A DNA stretch of 64,000 bases from Dehalococcoidia bacterium (lineage in GTDB: Bacteria > Chloroflexota > Dehalococcoidia > UBA2979), in NCBI GenBank assembly GCA_963667465.2, contig CAXXDN010000002.1, forward strand, positions 640,001 through 704,000, in the 5' to 3' direction. Shown here one piece after another: positions 27,626 through 36,072 of this stretch. Under the pieces are notes generated by a model. It was not told the DNA's origin. It did no database searches and saw only the letters and a program-made list of their open reading frames with translations. Within the stretch, counting starts at the first letter, position 1. Every line of letters starts with the position of its first letter. The position numbers and the translations under genes were made by a program.

Positions 27626-28774
27626 GTGGACCTCTCACTCAGCGAAGAGCAGCAACTCCTCAAGCAGGGCGTCGAGGACTTCGTCGCCCGCGAGGCGCCA
27701 CTCGCGGCGGTCGTCGAGCTGGCCGACAGCGAGCTTGGCTACTCGCCCGAGCACTACGCCCGCGTCGCCGAGCTCGGCTGGCTGGGCGCGGCGATCCCGG
27801 AGCGCTACGGCGGCTCCGGCCTCGGCCTGACGGACGCGGCCGTGCTCTTCGAGGCGTTCGGCTACGCGGCCCTGCCGGGACCGTTCATCTCATCGGGCGT
27901 CGTCTCCGCGCTGGTCGTCGAGGAGGCGGGGAGCGAGGAGCAGCGCGCCGAGCTGCTGCCGCGCATCGCCAGCGGCCAGGCGATTGCCGTGCTCGCGCTC
28001 ACGGAGCCCGGCTACAGCTGGGGGCCCGAGGGCGTGCACATGCGCGCCGCCACGAGCAACGGCGACTACGTGCTCGACGGCGTCAAGCTGTTTGTGCACG
28101 ACGCGATCGGCGCGACACACTTCATCACCGCCGTGCGCACTGGCGACGACGGTGCGCTGGCGTTGCTCGTCGTCGATGCCTCGGCGCCGGGCGTCTCCGT
28201 GCGCCGCCTGCAGGGCTTCACCGGCTCGGAGTGTGTCGTGCGCTTCGAGGGCGTGCGCGTGCCGGCCTCGGCGGCGCTCGGTGAGGGCGGTTCCGTGGAG
28301 GAGCCGCTCGATCGGGCGCTCACGAAGGGGGCGCCGGTGCTCTCCGCCTACCAGGTCGGTGGCGGTCAGGCGGCGTTCGAGCTGGCGGTGGACTACAGCC
28401 GCGAGCGCCGCCAGTTCGGCCAGCCGATCGGTCGCTTCCAGCACGTCCAGAACCACATCATCCAGCTCGTCAACCACGTCGACGCCTCGCGCTGGACAAC
28501 CTACGAGGCGCTGTGGCGGCACGACTCCGGCAAGCCGGGCGTCGAGGTCGCCTCGCATCTCGCGAAGGCGGTGACGAGCGAGGGCTTCGTGCATGCAGTG
28601 AACTACTCGCACGAGGTGCATGCCGGAGTCGGCGTGATGCACGAGTACGGGCTGACGCTCTACACGACGCTCTCGCGATCGCTCTACCACCAGCTGGGGA
28701 GCCCTCGTTACCACCGGCGGCGGCTCGCCGACCTGCTGGTCGACTACGACCTGGGGCCAGATCCGCTGGACTGA
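27626..28774 (+). CDS. Acyl-CoA dehydrogenase (beta/partner-type chain)
   Basis: ELGWLG..IPE.YGG.G, ALTEP, Y..ERRQFGQPIGRFQ, HEVHAGVG. Confidence 0.9.
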   Translation: MDLSLSEEQQLLKQGVEDFVAREAPLAAVVELADSELGYSPEHYARVAELGWLGAAIPERYGGSGLGLTDAAVLFEAFGYAALPGPFISSGVVSALVVEEAGSEEQRAELLPRIASGQAIAVLALTEPGYSWGPEGVHMRAATSNGDYVLDGVKLFVHDAIGATHFITAVRTGDDGALALLVVDASAPGVSVRRLQGFTGSECVVRFEGVRVPASAALGEGGSVEEPLDRALTKGAPVLSAYQVGGGQAAFELAVDYSRERRQFGQPIGRFQHVQNHIIQLVNHVDASRWTTYEALWRHDSGKPGVEVASHLAKAVTSEGFVHAVNYSHEVHAGVGVMHEYGLTLYTTLSRSLYHQLGSPRYHRRRLADLLVDYDLGPDPLD

Positions 28775-30090
28775 CTGTCGCTGGACTGACTGTCGCTGGA
28801 GTGACCCTCGCTCGGCGAACCCGGGTTGGGGAGACTCTCGCCCGACGGGCCACCTCGTGCCGCCGGGAGGTCTGCCCAGGCGGGGCGGCGGATCAGCATG
28901 ACCGCGATCATGCCCACGAACGTGCCGAACGCGAAGACCGTGAACACCGTGTGGTAGCTTCCGGTCACGTCGAACGACCAGCCCGCGAGCAGTGGAGCGG
29001 CGACGTTGACGGGCATCTGCAGCATCGAGACCAGGCCCCGCACCGTCGCGAATCGGCGCGTCCCGAAGTAGTCGGCGATCACCGCCATCTGCAGTACCAG
29101 CCAGGCGGCGTGGCCGAAGCCGAACGAGAGGTAGTAGACCGGTAGCAGCCACAGGCGGTCCGGGCTCACGTTCGCGAAGGCGAGGAATCCGATCCCCATC
29201 GCGGCAAACGAGAGCGTGAAGACGCGGCGGCGTCCAAAACGGTCGCCGACCCAGCCCGCGGAGATTCGCAGCACCAGCTGGCACGCGCCGTAGGCGCCGG
29301 TGATCAGCGCGGCAGCGCGAAGCGAAAATCCCGTCGCCTGGAGGTGCGGCACGAGGAAGACCGTCCAGGTGATGAGCACCGCCACGCCGAGCGCCGAGGC
29401 GACCGCCAGCAGGTAGAGCGCGGGCGTGCGCAGCGCCTCGGTCCCGCTCAGTCCGCCCTCGGAGATGGCGAGGCTGGACCGCGATCGCCGCGCCGTCTCG
29501 CCGTCGACCGTCAATCCGAGATCCTCGGGACGATCGCGCACGACGTAGGCGCTGATCATGCCCGCGATGAAGATCGCGACAGCGCCAATCGTGACGGTCG
29601 AGCGCCAGCCGATCGACTCGACGAGCAGCGCCAGCACCGGGGCGGCGAACCAGGCCGCCGCATTCCCGGCGTTCATCACCCCCGTGGCCCGGCCGCGCTT
29701 GGCCTCGAACCACTTCATGATCGCGGCGGGGAAGGCGGCGCCGGAGCCGATGCTGAGGCCGAACGACATCACGAGGCTCGCGACGTAGTAGTGCCACAGC
29801 TCCTGGGACTGGGCGAAGACAAGCAGGCCCACCGAGATGAAGATCGCCCCGGCGAACGCCATGCGCCGCGCCCCGACGACGTCGATCACCATTCCGGTGA
29901 GCGGCGCCAGCAGGCCCTGCTCGAAGCTGCGCAGCGAGAACCCGAAGGCGATCGCCGAAACGCTCCAGCCGAGCTCGTCGCGAATCGGCTCGATGAAGAT
30001 GCTCGCGCCGATCATGACGAAGCCGAGCACCAGGAAGTTGTTCGCCGACCCGGCGATCGCGATGTACCAGCCGTAGAAGAGCCGTGGCAT
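28744..30090 (-). CDS. MFS transporter (oxalate/formate-like)
   Basis: LFYGWYI, KWFEAKRGRATG, GWVGDRFGRR, DYFGTRRFATVRG, DVTGSY. Confidence 0.9.
   Translation of the reverse strand: MPRLFYGWYIAIAGSANNFLVLGFVMIGASIFIEPIRDELGWSVSAIAFGFSLRSFEQGLLAPLTGMVIDVVGARRMAFAGAIFISVGLLVFAQSQELWHYYVASLVMSFGLSIGSGAAFPAAIMKWFEAKRGRATGVMNAGNAAAWFAAPVLALLVESIGWRSTVTIGAVAIFIAGMISAYVVRDRPEDLGLTVDGETARRSRSSLAISEGGLSGTEALRTPALYLLAVASALGVAVLITWTVFLVPHLQATGFSLRAAALITGAYGACQLVLRISAGWVGDRFGRRRVFTLSFAAMGIGFLAFANVSPDRLWLLPVYYLSFGFGHAAWLVLQMAVIADYFGTRRFATVRGLVSMLQMPVNVAAPLLAGWSFDVTGSYHTVFTVFAFGTFVGMIAVMLIRRPAWADLPAARGGPSGESLPNPGSPSEGHSSDSQSSDSQSSGSGPRS
28764..28808. repeat. 15-bp tandem repeat (about 3 units)
   Basis: CGCTGGACTGACTGT x2 plus CGCTGGAGTGACCCT; spans the ACAD stop codon. 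Confidence 0.85.
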
Positions 30091-30212
30091 CGATGCATCG
30101 TGCCACGCCGGCCGCGCATCCGCCTCGTGCCTGAGCGCGAGCCGCCCTAGAATCGGCACGGCGCGGTCGCCGGCCAGCCGCCGCAACTTTCGGAACGGAG
30201 CAGGAGATTCCC

Positions 30213-31712
30213 GTGAGCGACTCGGAAGCGCACGACGGCGCCGGCCCGGACGGGCATCCCCTCGATGTGATCTTCCGCCCTCGCGGCGTCGCCGTCGTCG
30301 GGGTGTCCACCCAGCCCGGCCCGGACGGGCGGATGGGCGGCAACTTCCTCAACGCGCTGCTTGAGCTGGGCTACGACCGCGAGCACGCGCTCTACGCCGT
30401 CAACCCCAAGATGTCCGAGGTCCGCGGCGTGCCCTGCTACCCCTCCGTCCTCGAGATTCCGGACCCGCTCGACCACGTGATCTCGCAGATCCCCGCCGAG
30501 GGCGTCCCGCAACTCGTCGAGGACTGCATCCGGCGCGGCGTGCGCTCGCTGCACTTCTTCACGGCCGGGCTCTCCGAGACCGGCGACGAGGACCTCGCGC
30601 GCCAGGAGCAGGAGCTTGTCGCGCGCGCGCGCGCCGCCGGGATGCGGCTGATCGGCCCCAACTGCATGGGCCTCTACGCCCCCGGCCCGGGTCTTGCCTT
30701 CAACTCCGAGTCGCCCAGGGAGCATGGCAATGTCTTCTTGCTGTCGCAATCGGGGGCGAACGCTACGGGGATCATCAACGGGCTCGGCGCGCGCGGGCTG
30801 CGCTTCTCCAAGGGCGTCTCCTACGGCAACGCCGCCGACCTCAAGTCCCACGACTTCTTCGACTATGCGCTGCACGACCCGGAGACAGAGCTGGTCGTCG
30901 CCTACATCGAGGGGCCGCGCGACGGCCGGGCCTTCTTCGAGGCGTTGAAGGCGCTTGCGCGGGTCAAGCCGACGATCGTGCTCAAGGGCGGGATTACGGA
31001 GGACGGCGCCCGCGCCGCACGCTCCCACACCGGGTCGCTCGCCGGCTCGATCGACGTCTTCGACGCCGTCTGCCGGCAGGCGGGGGCGATGCGCGTGCGC
31101 ACACTCGACGACCTGCTCGACCTCGCCGTAGCGGCCACGACGGAGCTGCGCCACACCCGCGGGCGCAACGTCACACTGGTCGGCGCGGGCGGCGGCTACG
31201 CCGTGCTCTCCTCGGACCAAATGGCCATGGAGGGCCTGACCGTCCCGCCGCTGCCCGACGAGGTGCAGGACAGGCTGCACGAGTTCGTCCCGATCGCCGG
31301 CACCAGCGTGCGTAACCCCGTCGACGCCAACTTCGGGCGCGACCACCCGATGGACTTCCGCAGCGACACCGGCCTCACGCGCCGCGCCTTCGACCTGATC
31401 GCCGGCTCGCCGACGACGGACCTGATCTTCACGACCGTGGGTACGCGCTGGCACCCCGGCCAGGACCACTCGCGCGACGCGAGGCGGCGGCAGCTGGAAC
31501 TGACCGCCGACGAGCTCGACCGCGTCGCGCAGGAGCACCACGTGCCGATCGCGCTGATCCTGCGTGAGGCGAACATCGAGGACGCCGGCGAGCCCGCCTA
31601 CGAGCGCGGCGTCGCCGTCTTCCCGTCGCTGGAGCGGGCGGCGCGCGCCGTCGCCACACTGCTCGAGTGGCGCAGGCGGCGCGAGGGTCTGCCGGAGCTC
31701 TTCGAGCGCTAG
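30213..31712 (+). CDS. Acyl-CoA synthetase (NDP-forming) alpha-subunit-like protein, paralog 2
   Basis: FRPRGVAVVG, IGPNCMG, LSQSG, SYGNAAD, ARSHTGSLAG, NPVD. No ATP-grasp domain. Confidence 0.9.
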   Translation: MSDSEAHDGAGPDGHPLDVIFRPRGVAVVGVSTQPGPDGRMGGNFLNALLELGYDREHALYAVNPKMSEVRGVPCYPSVLEIPDPLDHVISQIPAEGVPQLVEDCIRRGVRSLHFFTAGLSETGDEDLARQEQELVARARAAGMRLIGPNCMGLYAPGPGLAFNSESPREHGNVFLLSQSGANATGIINGLGARGLRFSKGVSYGNAADLKSHDFFDYALHDPETELVVAYIEGPRDGRAFFEALKALARVKPTIVLKGGITEDGARAARSHTGSLAGSIDVFDAVCRQAGAMRVRTLDDLLDLAVAATTELRHTRGRNVTLVGAGGGYAVLSSDQMAMEGLTVPPLPDEVQDRLHEFVPIAGTSVRNPVDANFGRDHPMDFRSDTGLTRRAFDLIAGSPTTDLIFTTVGTRWHPGQDHSRDARRRQLELTADELDRVAQEHHVPIALILREANIEDAGEPAYERGVAVFPSLERAARAVATLLEWRRRREGLPELFER

Positions 31713-31736
31713 GCGGCCCGGCCGCGAGGAGGCGCG

Positions 31737-32531
31737 ATGCCCACGATCGACGTCGTGATGCACGGCTCCGGTCTCAGCACGGACATTGGCGTCGTCGGCT
31801 TCTGCGCCGTCGTGCTGATCGAGGGCGAGCGGCGCATCCTCTTCGACTCGGCGCACGTCGGGCGGCGCGTCTACCTGGAGGAGCAGCTCGCCGAGCGCGG
31901 CCTGACGACGCGCGACATCGACGCGCAGGTGATGAGCCATGCCCACTGGGACCACGTTCAGAACGCCGACCTGTTCGATCACGCACCGCTGCTCGCCCAC
32001 CCCTCGGAGGTGGCGTACGCGCACCAGCCGCACCGCAACGACTGGGCGACGCCGCCGTGGACGGGCGCGATCCTCGACCTGATGCAGATCGAGGAGGTGG
32101 CGGAGGGTTCTGAGCTGATGGCAGGCTGCCGCGTGATCGAGCTGCCGGGGCACTCACCGGGCAGCATCGGCCTCGAGGTGGAGACGGACGACGGCCTCTG
32201 CCTGATCACCGGCGACGCGGTGCACCACGCGGGCGTCGCCGTGGCGGGGCAGAACCCGCTGGTCTTCTGGAACGCCGCGCAGGCGGACGCCTCGGTGCAG
32301 CGGGTCGCGCAATCGAGCGAGCGCGACGGCGCGCTGATCTACCCCGGCCACGACCGCCCGTTCCGCCTCAGTGGCGGCGAGGTGAACTACGCCGAGGAGG
32401 AGCGCATCACGATCCTCAACGCGGGTCCCGGCCGCCCCGGCCAGAGCTTCAACGAGTACGCGCCGCGCCGCGGCCAGTGGGTGATGCCGGGCATCGAGGA
32501 GCAGCGCCTGCCGGGCGAACGGTCGGTGTAG
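31737..32531 (+). CDS. MBL-fold metallo-hydrolase (lactonase-like)
   Basis: SHAHWDH, PGHSPG, TGDA, YPGHD. SD GGAGG. Confidence 0.88.
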   Translation: MPTIDVVMHGSGLSTDIGVVGFCAVVLIEGERRILFDSAHVGRRVYLEEQLAERGLTTRDIDAQVMSHAHWDHVQNADLFDHAPLLAHPSEVAYAHQPHRNDWATPPWTGAILDLMQIEEVAEGSELMAGCRVIELPGHSPGSIGLEVETDDGLCLITGDAVHHAGVAVAGQNPLVFWNAAQADASVQRVAQSSERDGALIYPGHDRPFRLSGGEVNYAEEERITILNAGPGRPGQSFNEYAPRRGQWVMPGIEEQRLPGERSV

Positions 32532-32599
32532 CGGAACGCGGCCCTCTGACCATTCCGGTTGCGGCGCGGTACCATGGCTGCCGCCCAGGAGGCTCAACG

Positions 32600-32833
32600 A
32601 TGTCGCAGGACTACTCGGAGATCATCACCGTCGAGCCCGGGAAGCGCGGCGGCAAGCCGTGCATCCGCGGCTTGCGCATTACCGTGTACGACGTGCTTGA
32701 GTACCTCGCGTCGGGGATGTCTGAGGACGAGATCCTCGACGACTTCCCGGTTCTGCGACGGGAAGACATCCGGGCGTCACTGGCGTTCGCTGCTGACAGG
32801 GAGCGTCGCCTTGTGTCGCTGCCTCCGGCATGA
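32600..32833 (+). CDS. DUF433 family antitoxin
   Basis: PGKRGGKPCIRGLRITVYDVLEYLASGMS..EIL.DFP.L..EDI.A.L.FAA. Confidence 0.92.
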   Translation: MSQDYSEIITVEPGKRGGKPCIRGLRITVYDVLEYLASGMSEDEILDDFPVLRREDIRASLAFAADRERRLVSLPPA

Positions 32834-33162
32834 GGCTGCTGTTCGACGAGAACCTCTCTCACCGACTGACTGAGACACTGCTCGACCTCTATCCGGAATC
32901 CGCCCACGTCAGGGATGTCGGGCTCGAGTCCGCTGACGACCTTGAGGTCTGGACGCACGCCAGGGACAACGGATATGCCGTCGTCTCGAAGGACTCCGAC
33001 TTCCGGCAATTGAGCTTCATCCTCGGATATCCGCCGAAGGTCATCTGGATCCGGCGCGGGAATCGCTCGACAGCGGAGGTCGAGTCGATCCTGCGAGACC
33101 GGTACGCTGATATCGTGGCCTTCGACCGCAATGAGGAGGGCGCCTTCCTCGCGCTGAGTTGA
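32830..33162 (+). CDS. DUF5615 family PIN-like toxin
   Basis: MRLLFDENLS, HVRDVGL..ADD.EVW, VSKDSDF, PPKVIWIRRGN. ATGA overlap with the antitoxin. Confidence 0.92.
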   Translation: MRLLFDENLSHRLTETLLDLYPESAHVRDVGLESADDLEVWTHARDNGYAVVSKDSDFRQLSFILGYPPKVIWIRRGNRSTAEVESILRDRYADIVAFDRNEEGAFLALS

Positions 33163-33197
33163 TCGCCTCCGGGCCGCGGAGCGCGGACGCGGGAGAG

Positions 33198-34478
33198 CTA
33201 CTCGACGACGCCGTCCGCGAAGAGCGCGGCGACCTCGTCCGTGTCGAAGCCACATTCCAGCAGGACCTCGGCCGTGTGCTCCCCCGTTGCGGGCGAGGGG
33301 CGCGCGGGGGTTGGCGGCGTCTCCGACATCTCGATCAGCGGGCCGGCGTGGAGTTGCGGGCCGGTGATCGGGTGCTCCAGTTCCACGATCATCCCCGTCT
33401 CGCGGGCATGGGGGATGTCCGCGACCTCCTCGGGCAGGTAGAAGGGCGAAGTCGGCACGCCTGCCTCGTCGAATATCTCGATCCACTCGGCGACGGTCTT
33501 CTCGGCGAGCTTGTCGCGCATGAACTGCTGCCACTGTTCGACCAGCTCCCAGTTGTCGGGGTCGGCGGCGTCGAAGTCGGGCGAGTCGGAGCGCTCGTCG
33601 TGCATGTCGAACAGTTCACGCATGATGTTGCGCGTCTGGCGGGTGAGGGCGCCAAGGACGAGCGGGCCGTCCTTGGCGTTGTAGGCGCCGTAGTAGATGC
33701 GCCCGGAGGCGCGCAGCCGGAAGTGGTCCTTGCGCAGCGCCACCACCTCGGTCCAGGGAGCGCCCCGCGCGCGCGCCTCCGCGATGTTGGTGCGAATCAC
33801 GTCGGCGACGCTGGCGTCGGTCACCGGCTCGCGCATCACCGTGTAGCCCTGCAAGAAGATCGAGGAGCGCAGCAGCGAGGCGCCGATGTACTGCCCCTGG
33901 CCGGTGCGCTCGCGGTGGAAGAGCGCCGCGCAGACGCCCATCGCGCCCGCGATCGCCGTCGAGTAGTCGGCGAGCGGCGTGGCGCCGATGATGATCGGCG
34001 CGCCGTGCTCGTCCGCCTGGCCGTCGCCGCCGGAGATGCCGGAGTAGGCGCGGATCACGCCGTCGTTGCCGCCCTGCTGGGCCTCGGGGCCCGTGGTGCC
34101 GAAGCCGGTTGCCTCGAGGTAGATCAGGTCCTCGCGCAGCTCGCGCAACGTCTCGTAGTCGATGCCGAGTCGCTGCACGACGCCGGGACGGTAGTTCGTG
34201 ACGACCACGTCCATGTGCGGGATGAGGCGGTAGGCCGCCTGGAGCCCTCGAGGGTCGTGCAGGTCGAGCACGATGCCTCGCTTGCCGCGGTTGTAGCTCT
34301 GGAACGCCTTGCTCTCGCCGGGCACGACGGATCCGGAGGCGCGCAGTGGCTCCCCGCCGGGCTGCTCGACCTTGACCACGTCCGCGCCGAGGTCGGAGAG
34401 GCTGATGCCGACCACCGGCCCCGCGATGATCTGCGAGAACTCGAGCACGCGGATGCCGTCGAGCGCGCCGCCGCTCAT
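33198..34478 (-). CDS. Family III CoA-transferase (CaiB/BaiF), paralog 2
   Basis: LDGIRVLEF, DLGADVVKVE, NRGKRG, NYRPG, PLADY, GEHT.EVL. Confidence 0.92.
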   Translation of the reverse strand: MSGGALDGIRVLEFSQIIAGPVVGISLSDLGADVVKVEQPGGEPLRASGSVVPGESKAFQSYNRGKRGIVLDLHDPRGLQAAYRLIPHMDVVVTNYRPGVVQRLGIDYETLRELREDLIYLEATGFGTTGPEAQQGGNDGVIRAYSGISGGDGQADEHGAPIIIGATPLADYSTAIAGAMGVCAALFHRERTGQGQYIGASLLRSSIFLQGYTVMREPVTDASVADVIRTNIAEARARGAPWTEVVALRKDHFRLRASGRIYYGAYNAKDGPLVLGALTRQTRNIMRELFDMHDERSDSPDFDAADPDNWELVEQWQQFMRDKLAEKTVAEWIEIFDEAGVPTSPFYLPEEVADIPHARETGMIVELEHPITGPQLHAGPLIEMSETPPTPARPSPATGEHTAEVLLECGFDTDEVAALFADGVVE

Positions 34479-34551
34479 CGCCGCCCCCTCTCGTACGCGG
34501 GCATTATGCGCCAGCCGTGCGTGGCGCTCGACATCCGAGGCCGCGGCCCGC

Positions 34552-35328
34552 TCAGCGGGCGGTGTAGCCGCCGTCCACCGGCAGCGCCACGCCGGTGAGG
34601 AACGAGGACTCGTCGCTGGCGAGGAACGTTGCCGCCGAGGCGATCTCATCGGGCTTCCCAAGGCGGCCGATCGGGTGCAGCGCGACGAGGTGCGCGATGT
34701 CCTCGGGCGTCTCGCGGATCAAGGCGGTCATCGGGGTCTCGATGTAGCCCGGACAGATCGCGTTGACGCGCACGCCGAGCGGGCCGTAGCGGACCGCGAA
34801 GCTGCGGGTGAGGCCGACCACGCCGTGCTTGGCGGCGACGTAGGCGCCGGCCGCCGGAGGGCCCTCGGCGTCGGGCTCGGGCCGGTGCGGACGTGGCACG
34901 GAGGCGACGAGGCCGAGGATCGAGGCAGTGTTGATGATCGATCCGCCGCCGCGCTCTGCCAGGAGCCGCGCGCCGTGGAGCAGCCCGTAGTAGACGCCGC
35001 TGAGGTTCACTCCGAGCGTGTCCTCCCAGCTGCCGCCTCCGCCGACGCCGGCGTTGTTGAACAGCACGTCGAGCGTCCCGAACTCGGCGACCGATCGTGC
35101 GAGCGCGTCCTGCACCTCCTGCTCGGCGGTCACGTCGAGCCGGAGCGCCAGGCTCGAGCCGCCGGACTCGGCGATGCGCGCGGCAGTGTCCTCCGCGCCG
35201 TCGCCGTCGAGGTCAGCGCAGGTTACGGCGGCGCCCTCCGCCGCAAAGCGCAGGGCGGTTGCGCGGCCGATGCCGGAGGCGGCGCCGGTGATCAGCGCGG
35301 CCTTGCCCTCGAGCGTGCCTTCGCTCAT
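34552..35328 (-). CDS. Short-chain dehydrogenase/reductase
   Basis: TGAASGIG, NNAG, NTAS, YVAAK, RVNAICPG, VDGG. Confidence 0.94.
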   Translation of the reverse strand: MSEGTLEGKAALITGAASGIGRATALRFAAEGAAVTCADLDGDGAEDTAARIAESGGSSLALRLDVTAEQEVQDALARSVAEFGTLDVLFNNAGVGGGGSWEDTLGVNLSGVYYGLLHGARLLAERGGGSIINTASILGLVASVPRPHRPEPDAEGPPAAGAYVAAKHGVVGLTRSFAVRYGPLGVRVNAICPGYIETPMTALIRETPEDIAHLVALHPIGRLGKPDEIASAATFLASDESSFLTGVALPVDGGYTAR

Positions 35329-35330
35329 CC

Positions 35331-35957
35331 CTACCACCTGTCGTAGCGCACGGTCTCCTCGACGGGGAGACGCGTCACGGGGCCGAAGTTGCCCAGCGGA
35401 TAGCCGACGGGAATCAGCACGTACGGCTCGACCGTGTCGGGCACGCCGAGGACCTCGCGGACGGCCGGCTTGTTGACCAGCCCGAGCGTCGTCGGGGCCG
35501 CGCCGAGGCCGAGCGCGCGCGCGGCGAGCAGCAGGTTCTGAACGGCGGGCCAGACGGAGCCCCCGGCGCCCGCGCGGGCGGCGTCGTCGGCGGGCGCTTG
35601 CAGCCACTGCTGGCAGGCGAGGATCAGCGCGGGCACCTCGCCCAGGTGCTCGGCCTGCCAGAGCACGGCGTTGAGCATCCGCTGGCGCTTCTCCGGGTCG
35701 TGATGCGGCACGTCGTCGACGCGACGGGTGCCGACATAATCCTCGACGCCCTGCTTGTTGAGCGCGGCGAGGCGAGCCCGCTGCCCTGGGTCGCGCACGA
35801 TGATCCAGCGCACGCCCTGCATGTTGGAGCCGGTCGGCGCCTGGTTGCCCGCCTCGCAGATGCGCAGCAACAGCTCCTCGGGGACGGGGTCGGGCTTGAG
35901 TCGGCGCATCGCGCGGCAGTGGTAGATGACGTCGAAGATTCCCGGCTGCTCACTCAA
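35331..35957 (-). CDS. Nitroreductase family protein
   Basis: RAMRRLKPDPVP, APTGSNMQ, SVWPAVQNLLLAARALGLG, IPVGYP. TTG start after SD AGGAG. Confidence 0.9.
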   Translation of the reverse strand: MSEQPGIFDVIYHCRAMRRLKPDPVPEELLLRICEAGNQAPTGSNMQGVRWIIVRDPGQRARLAALNKQGVEDYVGTRRVDDVPHHDPEKRQRMLNAVLWQAEHLGEVPALILACQQWLQAPADDAARAGAGGSVWPAVQNLLLAARALGLGAAPTTLGLVNKPAVREVLGVPDTVEPYVLIPVGYPLGNFGPVTRLPVEETVRYDRW

Positions 35958-36072
35958 TTCGCCTGCTCCTGTTCACGCTGCGCAAGGCCTGTGGGGCTCG
36001 TGGCCGTATGCTAGCAGGCGTCGCGCGCACGGCGGCGCGACCGAAGGTGCACGAGAGGGGAGCACAGCCTCG

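Noticed and set aside
8194-32531. Dedicated quorum-quenching system (PTE-like, MBL lactonase, amidase)
   Set aside because: The genes are scattered, the families are promiscuous, and nothing in the sequence specifies AHL substrates.
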